Shown here: piece by piece, positions 27,511 to 36,585 of the stretch
Layout of the letters: every line of letters starts with the position of its first letter
How positions within the stretch are numbered: position 1 is the stretch's first letter
NCBI GenBank assembly: GCA_903879775.1
Contig: CAIRMY010000065.1
Span: forward strand, 1 to 49,558
Reading direction: 5' to 3'
DNA length: 49,558 nt
Source of the DNA: an uncultured Bacteroidota bacterium
GTDB taxonomy: Bacteria > Bacteroidota > Bacteroidia > NS11-12g > UBA955
Made by a program: the position numbers and the translations under genes
The notes under the pieces: generated by a model
The model's database searches: none
Told to the model about the DNA's origin: nothing
What the model saw: only the letters and a program-made list of their open reading frames with translations

Positions 27511-28752
27511 TTGAAAAACTTTTATCTCATTATCATTCATTTTTTGGAGGGACTTTTAAAGGGCTTTGCTCTTTTCAATCCCAAGATAAATGAAATGATT
27601 CAGGGTAGAAAACAACAAAAAGCTGAAATTTTATCCCTCAAGAGTAAGAAAAGTAAAAGAATATGGATCCATGCGGCCAGCCTTGGAGAATATGAAATGG
27701 CCATCCCTCTGATTCAAAAAATGGCTCAAAAAGATGAAAATCTTGAATTTATCATTAGTTTTTTCTCGAGTTCAGGATATAAAAATGCGAAGCTTGAACC
27801 GAATTGCAAAAAATTTTATTTGCCCTTTGATACCCAATCGAATGCCAAATTTTGGTACAACCATGTTCAACCAGATGTTGTGGTTTTTGTAAAATATGAG
27901 TTTTGGCCCATTTTCATCAATTACGCGCATCATTTAAATTTACCAGTTTGGTATTGGAATTTTTCTCTGAGACAAAATCATTTCATCTTTAAAAAATGGG
28001 CAGGTTTTTGGAGCAATTCTCTGAAAAAATGTCGTGGATTTTTCTGTTCCAACGAAGAAACAGAAATATTGGCGAATCAATTGGGACTTAAAAATATAAA
28101 ACACATTGGCGATATCAGGTATTTGAGAACCAAACTCATACAAGAAAATTTGGGAGACATTCCTCTCAGTCTTGTTGAATTCACCAAAGATCAAAACACC
28201 CTCATTTTGGGTAGCAGTTGGCATCAAGAAGAATTGGCCCTTTTAAATGCGCTAACAAACAATGATTTGCCGATAAATCATAAAATCATTATTGCTCCAC
28301 ACGACATCTCAGAAGCGCATATTTCAGGCATAGAAATTCAATATAAAGATTACAATATTCAAAGATTTTCAAATTTTGAGGGACAAAAAAACACCCAAAT
28401 TGTGATCATTAACAACATAGGCTTGCTCTCAAAATTATATGCATTGGCACAAATTTCTGTAATTGGTGGCGCGTTTGGGAAAGGGCTACACAACATCATT
28501 GAATCTGCAGCCGCTGGCGTACCCGTGATATTTGGACCGAACACCTCAAAGTTTCCTGAGGCAGGCGAATTTATTGCGGCAAATATTGGATTTAAAGCTG
28601 CAAACATTGAAGAGATGTCGGAGCTTATTCAAAACCATTGGTTAAAAAAAGATTTGCAGGAAACCAAAATTATAAAATCTAAAACATCTGCATTTTTCGC
28701 GCAAAATGTCCCTCAAATAGACCAAGCAACTCAAATTATTTTGGAAAATTGA
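27511..28752 (+). CDS. waaA: 3-deoxy-D-manno-octulosonic acid (Kdo) transferase
   Basis: IWIHAASLGEYEMAIPLI and GGAFGKGLHNIIESAAAGVPVIFGP. The track start TTG 27442 would overlap the upstream ORF by 65 nt. The in-frame TTG 27511 sits just before the N-terminal hydrophobic helix (KNFYLIIIHFLEGLL) and is my preferred start. Confidence 0.85.
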   Translation: MKNFYLIIIHFLEGLLKGFALFNPKINEMIQGRKQQKAEILSLKSKKSKRIWIHAASLGEYEMAIPLIQKMAQKDENLEFIISFFSSSGYKNAKLEPNCKKFYLPFDTQSNAKFWYNHVQPDVVVFVKYEFWPIFINYAHHLNLPVWYWNFSLRQNHFIFKKWAGFWSNSLKKCRGFFCSNEETEILANQLGLKNIKHIGDIRYLRTKLIQENLGDIPLSLVEFTKDQNTLILGSSWHQEELALLNALTNNDLPINHKIIIAPHDISEAHISGIEIQYKDYNIQRFSNFEGQKNTQIVIINNIGLLSKLYALAQISVIGGAFGKGLHNIIESAAAGVPVIFGPNTSKFPEAGEFIAANIGFKAANIEEMSELIQNHWLKKDLQETKIIKSKTSAFFAQNVPQIDQATQIILEN

Positions 28753-28774
28753 TCGATTGAAGGGTGGAACAAGA

Positions 28775-28793
28775 AATGACATAATGACATAAT
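28775..28793. repeat. Tandem octamer AATGACAT x2 (+AAT) upstream of groES
   Basis: aatgacat aatgacat aat, read directly. A related gtgtcataa lies at 28827-28835. Confidence 0.7.
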
Positions 28794-28932
28794 TTCAAGT
28801 TTTAAATGAAAAAATTGGACAAAAAAGTGTCATAAAGTTCGCTAAAAACTGAAAAAAATTCATTTAAATTGCATTGGCACGCTATTGGATGAAGTAAATC
28901 TGTAAACATAAAATTTAAACAAACACAAAAAT

Positions 28933-29208
28933 ATGTCAGTAAACATTAAACCATTGGCCGACCGAGTTATGGTAGAGCCGGTAGCCGCAGAACTAAAAAC
29001 CGCTTCAGGAATCATTATCCCTGATACAGCAAAAGAAAAACCACAAAAAGGTCAGGTAATTGCTGTTGGAACTGGTAAAATTGACGAACCGATGACCGTT
29101 AAAATTGGCGACACTGTTTTATATGGTAAATATGCTGGTACCGAGATCAACGTAGAAGGAAAAGACTATTTGATCATGCGTGAAAGTGACATTTTAGCAA
29201 TTATTTAA
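28933..29208 (+). CDS. groES: Co-chaperonin GroES
   Basis: 91 aa, [12 protein letters not shown]...[15 protein letters not shown]... Confidence 0.97.
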   Translation: MSVNIKPLADRVMVEPVAAELKTASGIIIPDTAKEKPQKGQVIAVGTGKIDEPMTVKIGDTVLYGKYAGTEINVEGKDYLIMRESDILAII

Positions 29209-29212
29209 TTAA

Positions 29213-30859
<1,647 letters not shown>

Positions 30860-30887
30860 TTCATCATCAACCATAGTACAACATATT

Positions 30888-30925
30888 CAAAAATGGCTCG
30901 ATTTTCGCGAGCCATTTTTGTTTTT
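30888..30925 (+). terminator. Rho-independent terminator after groEL
   Basis: Stem atggctcg (30893-30900) / cgagccat (30908-30915), extended by A-T pairs, loop attttcg, followed by ttttgttttt. Confidence 0.8.
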
Positions 30926-30940
30926 AAATCGTTTATGGTT

Positions 30941-30985
30941 TCTAACCCTTCTAAACCCTCTAATCCTGATAATCCTCTAACCCTA
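30941..30985. repeat. Five imperfect tandem copies of a 9-bp unit (consensus about TCTAAnCCT)
   Basis: Units are TCTAACCCT, TCTAAACCC, TCTAATCCT, GATAATCCT and CTAACCCTA, read directly and contiguous. They lie between the groEL terminator and the ruvX -7 box. Confidence 0.8.
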
Positions 30986-30994
30986 TTTTTTCCG

Positions 30995-31002
30995 TATCTT
31001 TG
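30995..31002 (+). promoter_or_regulatory. Bacteroidota -7 box upstream of ruvX-def
   Basis: TATCTTTG, 4 nt from ATG 31007. Confidence 0.5.
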
Positions 31003-31006
31003 CATA

Positions 31007-31420
31007 ATGGGCAGAATTATTGGCATTGACTTCGGATTAAAGCGCATTGGAATTGCAATCACTGATCCGTTGAAAATGTTTGCCCAACCACTCACCACGG
31101 TCTATGCAACAGATTTCCCAGATTGGTTAAAAATATATTCTGTACAAGAACAAATAGATGAATTTGTGGTTGGAATGCCTTCAAAACTTTCAGGAGAAGA
31201 TACCGATGCCACTCAACCCGTGAGAGATTTTATTGATTGGCTAAAAATGAATTATCCAAACATTCCAATAGCAACAATCGATGAACGCTACAGCAGCCAC
31301 GAAGCTCAAATGTTTATTAATAAATCAGTTGTAAAAAAAGACCAACGAAAAGATAAAAAATTAGTAGATACAATCTCAGCTGCATTAATTTTGCAAACTC
31401 ATTTACAAAGAATTTCATGA
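31007..31420 (+). CDS. ruvX: Holliday-junction-resolvase-like nuclease RuvX (YqgF)
   Basis: MGRIIGIDFGLKRIGIAITD and DERYSS motifs. The track start 30893 would make the groEL terminator and the 9-mer repeat coding, so I use ATG 31007. Confidence 0.9.
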   Translation: MGRIIGIDFGLKRIGIAITDPLKMFAQPLTTVYATDFPDWLKIYSVQEQIDEFVVGMPSKLSGEDTDATQPVRDFIDWLKMNYPNIPIATIDERYSSHEAQMFINKSVVKKDQRKDKKLVDTISAALILQTHLQRIS

Positions 31421-31968
31421 TTTTACCTATATACGCCTACGGACAACCTGTTCTTAGAAAAAAAGCCGAAGATATCGATCAAAATTATCCGGAGTTAGAA
31501 GATTTGCTTCGCAACATGTTCGAAACCATGTACGATAGCAATGGCATTGGTTTGGCTGCTCCACAAATTGGTTTGCCAATTAGAGTATTCATTGTAGACG
31601 GTTCCGATGTTGACAATGTTGAACCTGCTGATTTCAAGCAAGTTTTCATCAACCCTGTAATTAAAGAAGAATTTGGCAAGGAATGGGAATTTGAAGAAGG
31701 CTGTTTGAGTATTCCTGGTGTTAGAGCCAATGTTAAAAGGAAAGAAGAACTTACCATTCACTATTTCGACGAAAACTGGCAAGAACATACCAAAACCTAC
31801 GATGGTATGGCCGCAAGGATTATTCAACACGAATATGACCATATAGAAGGTATTTTGTTCACCGATCGCGTGAGTCCCCTCAAAAGAAGTATGATCAAAA
31901 AACGACTTGAAAATATTTCTAAAGGATATGTAGACATCGACTACAAAATGAAATTTCCTAAAAGGTAA
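31417..31968 (+). CDS. def: Peptide deformylase
   Basis: GIGLAAPQIG, EGCLSIPG and HEYDHIEG. 4-nt overlap with ruvX. Confidence 0.95.
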   Translation: MILPIYAYGQPVLRKKAEDIDQNYPELEDLLRNMFETMYDSNGIGLAAPQIGLPIRVFIVDGSDVDNVEPADFKQVFINPVIKEEFGKEWEFEEGCLSIPGVRANVKRKEELTIHYFDENWQEHTKTYDGMAARIIQHEYDHIEGILFTDRVSPLKRSMIKKRLENISKGYVDIDYKMKFPKR

Positions 31969-31973
31969 TTCCA

Positions 31974-32831
31974 ATGAAGTATTACTGGAAATTGATAAGG
32001 CCAATCAATTTAATTTTAACAGTGCTAACGCAAGTATTGTTTATCATTTCGGCCTCTAGAATCAACCATAGTGCTTTAAATTTAGACTATTCAAACATTC
32101 GCACACGAGAATCGATATTCACAATACTCGCTTGTATTTTCGTAGCTGCTGGTGGCTATGTAATCAACGATATCTTCGATATTGAAACCGATCGAATCAA
32201 CAAACCAGAAAAACTTGTTTTAAGCAATCATATTGGCTTAAAATCTGCAAGAATTTTTTATATCATACTCACTGCAATTGGCATTTTGTCTGGATTTATT
32301 GCGGGACTTGGCATGGGCATACTATGCTCCGTTTTAGCCGTATTGCTGTATTTCTATTCGAGTGATTTAAAGGGCGAAATACTTCAAGGGAATTTACTCA
32401 TTTCAATGATGGCAGGAATGGTAGTGTATGTTTCATCTAGAGGCGTTTACAATGTTTCAAACACCTACTTCGCCGAATACGCAAGCATCGCTTTTTTCAT
32501 TACAATGGTCAGAGAAATCATCAAAGATATTGAAGATATTGAAGGTGATAAAGCCCAAGATTACAAAACTTTCCCTATTGTAAATGGCGTTCCGAAAAGT
32601 AAAAATTTATCGCTTATTTTCCTTGCCATCACACTTGGAATCATTGCATTGCTTTATATTCAAGCATCCAATTTACTTTTTACCAGCTTTATGAGTGTTT
32701 TCATCATTCCAGCACTCATTTATGTGGCTTTCCTTATTTTTAAGGCAAAAGAAAAATCAGAATTTCGCAAAATTTCAAACTGGCTAAAAACCACCATGTT
32801 TTTAGGACTATTTTCTAGCCTTTTTTGTTAA
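31974..32831 (+). CDS. UbiA-superfamily prenyltransferase (geranylgeranylglycerol-phosphate geranylgeranyltransferase-like)
   Basis: Polytopic membrane protein. First Asp-rich motif YVINDIFDIETDRINKP; second motif KDIEDIEGD. Confidence 0.75.
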   Translation: MKYYWKLIRPINLILTVLTQVLFIISASRINHSALNLDYSNIRTRESIFTILACIFVAAGGYVINDIFDIETDRINKPEKLVLSNHIGLKSARIFYIILTAIGILSGFIAGLGMGILCSVLAVLLYFYSSDLKGEILQGNLLISMMAGMVVYVSSRGVYNVSNTYFAEYASIAFFITMVREIIKDIEDIEGDKAQDYKTFPIVNGVPKSKNLSLIFLAITLGIIALLYIQASNLLFTSFMSVFIIPALIYVAFLIFKAKEKSEFRKISNWLKTTMFLGLFSSLFC

Positions 32832-33409
32832 TTTTTATCTCTGCCAGACCAATCTTTGGCAATTTCAGACAATTCTTGATACCACTCCTCACCCATTTTA
32901 CGAATAATGGCTTCTTTCAAAAATTCATAAACTGGTACATTCATTTCATAACCAGCTTTACAAGCATCACTACAAATATCCCAATGATGGTAATTCATAG
33001 CAACGTAAGAACCATACTTTTTTGCGCGAATTGGATACAAATGACAGCTAATCGGCTTTTTAAAATCGATATCACCGGCAGCATGGGCCTTTTCTATGGC
33101 ACAAGATGCAATTCCATTGCTTTCATAAACCACAAACACACATTCACCTGAACTTCTACAAACGGTCACCAAGTCACCATCTGTATCTCTGGTTACAAAT
33201 CCATTTTCTTTGATTTCGGCAATTCCTTCAGCGCTAATATAAGGCTCAATTTTATCGTAAATATCTAAAATAATGTCTGCTTCATCTTTCAATAAGGGAG
33301 CACCTGCATCGCCTTGAACACAGCACTCACCTTTACATTTGTCGATTTGACAAGCAAATTTTTTCTCTAGGATATCTTCGGATACTAAAGCATTTCCAAC
33401 AATGATCAT
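32828..33409 (-). CDS. Cys-rich DUF3109-like protein
   Basis: 193 aa. N-terminal [23 protein letters not shown] plus further conserved Cys residues, a pattern I recall from Bacteroidota DUF3109 proteins. Confidence 0.6.
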   Translation of the reverse strand: MIIVGNALVSEDILEKKFACQIDKCKGECCVQGDAGAPLLKDEADIILDIYDKIEPYISAEGIAEIKENGFVTRDTDGDLVTVCRSSGECVFVVYESNGIASCAIEKAHAAGDIDFKKPISCHLYPIRAKKYGSYVAMNYHHWDICSDACKAGYEMNVPVYEFLKEAIIRKMGEEWYQELSEIAKDWSGRDKN

Positions 33410-33918
33410 TTTTGATTATTCAAATACTGTTGATAGCCAATTTCTTCAACAGATGTAGCTTTGTTCAACACTTCTTGATTCATTTCATTTTTGAAGGATA
33501 TGACTTCACTTGCAATTGCTTCATTGGTTACACCAAGAATTTGAGCAGCCAAAATTCCAGCGTTTTTAGCACCGTTTATTGCAACCGTAGCCACTGGTAC
33601 TCCTGGAGGCATTTGAACAATTGAGTATAAACTATCCAAACCGCTCATATTGCTAGATTTAACTGGTACACCAATCACAGGCAAGTGCGTAAACGATGCA
33701 ATCATCCCTGGAAGATGAGCAGCGCCACCGGCACCAGCAATAATAACACCAATGCCCCTTAAATGAGCATTTTTGCCATAATCAACCAATCTATCAGGTG
33801 TTCTATGAGCTGAAACAATGGTTAGCTCATATTCAACCTTAAATTTATCTAAAATAGATGCCGCTTCTTGCATCACTGGCAAGTCGCTATCGCTACCCAT
33901 TATTATTCCAACTTTCAT
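33406..33918 (-). CDS. purE: 5-(carboxyamino)imidazole ribonucleotide mutase
   Basis: [15 protein letters not shown] and [10 protein letters not shown]. Confidence 0.93.
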   Translation of the reverse strand: MKVGIIMGSDSDLPVMQEAASILDKFKVEYELTIVSAHRTPDRLVDYGKNAHLRGIGVIIAGAGGAAHLPGMIASFTHLPVIGVPVKSSNMSGLDSLYSIVQMPPGVPVATVAINGAKNAGILAAQILGVTNEAIASEVISFKNEMNQEVLNKATSVEEIGYQQYLNNQK

Positions 33919-34649
33919 GATTCAGATTTTTCAGATTTTACAACTGCATTTGCAATAAATGATATTGCAATGTAAACAAAATATAACACTGCAATTCCAG
34001 CAGGACCAAAAACGATAATGCTTAAAGCTCCAAGCACTAAAATTGCAAATTTCCAAGGTGTTAAAGGATCTCCTTTTTTAAATTTTAAAGCCAACATGGG
34101 ATAATCAGAGATCATCATAAATGATGCAAATACGGGAACATAAAACCAAACATAGAAATAACTAAAGGCCCAACGAATATCTAAAAGCATCCAAAAAGAA
34201 TGGTCAATTGAGTATATCATCCAACTCCAAGATGCCAATGCAATTCCCGTAATTGGTGTTGGAACACCTAAAAACCCGGTCGATTGACGTGTATCAATAT
34301 TAAATGTTGCTAAACGGTATGCAGCACCTAAAGGAATCAATAACCAAATGTATGAATTGATGCAAAATCCTGTAGCAGAACAAAAACCTTGTGCTTCCAT
34401 ATAAAAGCGCCAAATTAAGCCTGGTAAAACACCGAACGTTACAACGTCAGCGAGGCTGTCGAGCTGCTTTCCCAACTCGCCATCTGCCTTCAATAATCGG
34501 GCAAAAAATCCATCAAAAAAGTCTAAAACTGCCCCAGCAATCATAAATAAAAAGGCAAAAAATGGATTTCCTTGCGATACCATGGTAATACCAAGTAAAC
34601 CGCAGGCCAAATTGCCGAGAGTAATTAAATTGGGAATTGATTTAATCAT
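33915..34649 (-). CDS. pssA: CDP-alcohol phosphatidyltransferase (phosphatidylserine-synthase-like)
   Basis: The exact motif D-x2-D-G-x2-A-R-x8-G-x3-D-x3-D is present in [26 protein letters not shown]. Multi-pass membrane protein. Confidence 0.8.
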   Translation of the reverse strand: MIKSIPNLITLGNLACGLLGITMVSQGNPFFAFLFMIAGAVLDFFDGFFARLLKADGELGKQLDSLADVVTFGVLPGLIWRFYMEAQGFCSATGFCINSYIWLLIPLGAAYRLATFNIDTRQSTGFLGVPTPITGIALASWSWMIYSIDHSFWMLLDIRWAFSYFYVWFYVPVFASFMMISDYPMLALKFKKGDPLTPWKFAILVLGALSIIVFGPAGIAVLYFVYIAISFIANAVVKSEKSES

Positions 34650-34659
34650 ATTGAATCCT

Positions 34660-34667
34660 CAAAGATA
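34660..34667 (-). promoter_or_regulatory. Bacteroidota -7 box upstream of pssA-purE
   Basis: Plus strand caaagata = minus strand TATCTTTG, located in the 30-nt gap and 10 nt from ATG 34649. Confidence 0.5.
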
Positions 34668-34679
34668 CTTAATTCCTTA

Positions 34680-36584
34680 TTAATGATAGATAGAAGACCT
34701 AAAATTCACAAAAACACCAAAGTCTTTAAAAACGGCATCTGAACTTTTACCAAAATTTTGATATTCTATATGACTTTGATTAAAATTCCACTTTTCGTCA
34801 TTAGATCTGTATAAAATTTGATACTTCGCACCAATGCCAACATATTTAGAAAAATTGTAAATCAACTGAATTTGCCCACCATAAACCATTGATTGTGATT
34901 CTATTTTCACCCTATTAGTGTTCGCATTTAAGATGTCGGCACTTTCAGGAAAATTTTCAATACTCTGGTAATAATATCCCCCAATACCAAAAAAGTCCAA
35001 TTTTAATTTCCGTGTGTTCACGGCTCTAACCCCCATGCCAAAAGTTGCACCAAATAAATTATAATTCAATTTCTTTGCAGAATCACTTTGAATTTCGGCT
35101 GAATTTATGTTATAAAATATATTCGCCTGACATATAAACCAGCGGTTATTATGTTCAACATGGTGATTTATATACCAATTTGGCAAGTTAGAAATATTGG
35201 TCTTTAACGAACTTAAATGATTCGACATCATCGATAAGTTAGGGATACCATAACTTAGACCGAAAAGGTTAAAATTGAAATCTTTGCGATCTATCTGACT
35301 CCACAAGGAAAATTTGTCAGATTCCTCTTCAGATGCCTCAAGCAATACTAAACCTGTAGAATCTAAACTTGGCAATTCTAAAACATTATCAGAATTCAAC
35401 AAAACAAAATTGAATTTTTTGCGAAGCTCTGTGTAATCTCCTGTGCTATCAGACAAATCGAATAACAAAGGCCATTTTGATTTCACCTTTTTAATTTGTT
35501 CAAGCTCTGCACTAATGGTATAATTATCGTTCAATTCAACCGCCGCTAAGTTATCTTCATTGTCTCTATAACTAATTGCAATACTCACAACTTTTGTTGA
35601 ATCTCCTTTAAAATATCTTGTTTTTATTTTGTTGCAAACACTTCTGTAATTATACCATCCACAATCTCCAAATTGTTTTGATAAAGCAGAATGACAACGA
35701 CCAAATTGACCAAAAAACTTTTGTGTTGTATCGGCCGCTAAAACCTTTACAAAGTTCTTAAACATTTGTTCTTCCCGCCAAATATATTGGTGAGCCGATT
35801 CCTCTGTATTTGTCCATTTGCGAAATTCCAAAGCCCCACTATATCCCTCCTTGAAAATTTCAAAATCCTCAGGACTCATCCATTGTTTAAAGTATTCAAT
35901 ATGAGCAGTAATAGAATCAATCACTTTCACAATATTGTAATCTGATGTAGACACATCTCCTAAATCAAAATCAACTGTAGCAAATGTAGCAGCGGTATAA
36001 TCCGACAAACCAGAATGATATGTTTGTTTCACAATCTGAGGAATAATTTGCTTTGCCAAAAGGTAAATCTTTTTGTTCGGAACGGTTTTTTGAAGTTTTA
36101 ATGCATCATTCATGCGATAAAAACTCATATCGTAAAAACGTTCAATGTCTAGACCATGCACATGAATTCTTTCATTTTGAGGGACATTTTTCATCCAGGC
36201 ATTGAGGTGATCAAACAAGGTAAGAAACTTATCTGAAGCAACACTTTTTAACAAATCTCTGGCATGTGTATCGTTATAACGGATATACCTTTCCATGTAA
36301 TACGACCTAACTGGACTCATTTCTATGATAAAATTACGGTAACCACAATTTTCATACAATGAGCGCATTAACATGTATTCAGTACGGGCATTAAATTCAA
36401 TTTGAGAATGATTTTCTCCGGCAAAAATAACCCTCGCTTTGCGCGCCTTTTGATAGATGGCTTCAAAACCTGGACTCTTATTGTCAGAAATATCATTCAA
36501 ATTGAGCACTTTAGGATTCACATTACTTTGAGCGAACAACGAAGCGGTGATGATTTGAAATGCAAGTAAAAAAATCTTTTTCAT
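34680..36584 (-). CDS. Secreted ChaN/Tiki/erythromycin-esterase-like domain fused to a C-terminal beta-barrel-like domain (motif-intact paralogue)
   Basis: Signal peptide MKKIFLLAFQIITASLFA-Q; the track starts 4 codons earlier at 36596. Motifs ARVIFAGENHSQIEF (GExH), IWREEQMFKNF (RExxM) and FGQFGRCH (GxxH). The last ~200 aa are strand-like (LFGATFGMGVRAV, LDFFGIGGYYYQS, VYGGQIQLIYNF, VGIGAKYQILYRS, FGVFVNFRSSIYH). Confidence 0.4.
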   Translation of the reverse strand: MKKIFLLAFQIITASLFAQSNVNPKVLNLNDISDNKSPGFEAIYQKARKARVIFAGENHSQIEFNARTEYMLMRSLYENCGYRNFIIEMSPVRSYYMERYIRYNDTHARDLLKSVASDKFLTLFDHLNAWMKNVPQNERIHVHGLDIERFYDMSFYRMNDALKLQKTVPNKKIYLLAKQIIPQIVKQTYHSGLSDYTAATFATVDFDLGDVSTSDYNIVKVIDSITAHIEYFKQWMSPEDFEIFKEGYSGALEFRKWTNTEESAHQYIWREEQMFKNFVKVLAADTTQKFFGQFGRCHSALSKQFGDCGWYNYRSVCNKIKTRYFKGDSTKVVSIAISYRDNEDNLAAVELNDNYTISAELEQIKKVKSKWPLLFDLSDSTGDYTELRKKFNFVLLNSDNVLELPSLDSTGLVLLEASEEESDKFSLWSQIDRKDFNFNLFGLSYGIPNLSMMSNHLSSLKTNISNLPNWYINHHVEHNNRWFICQANIFYNINSAEIQSDSAKKLNYNLFGATFGMGVRAVNTRKLKLDFFGIGGYYYQSIENFPESADILNANTNRVKIESQSMVYGGQIQLIYNFSKYVGIGAKYQILYRSNDEKWNFNQSHIEYQNFGKSSDAVFKDFGVFVNFRSSIYH

Positions 36585-36585
36585 C

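Noticed and set aside
28874-28889. Sigma-54-like -24/-12 element TTGGCACGCTATTGGA upstream of groES.
   Set aside because: The TGGCAC half is perfect, but the -12 half reads TTGG instead of TTGC and is 1 nt closer than the consensus spacing. A single half-site match is likely chance.
30893-31006. Track start of the ruvX ORF at 30893 (175 aa).
   Set aside because: The extra 38 codons would be encoded by the groEL terminator hairpin and the 9-bp tandem repeat. The conserved RuvX N-terminus (MGRIIGIDFG) begins at ATG 31007, just after a -7 box.
32828-32831. Convergent UbiA-like and DUF3109 genes share the tetranucleotide TTAA as overlapping stop codons.
   Set aside because: This is a curiosity of compact genomes. 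No hairpin or other functional signal is visible.
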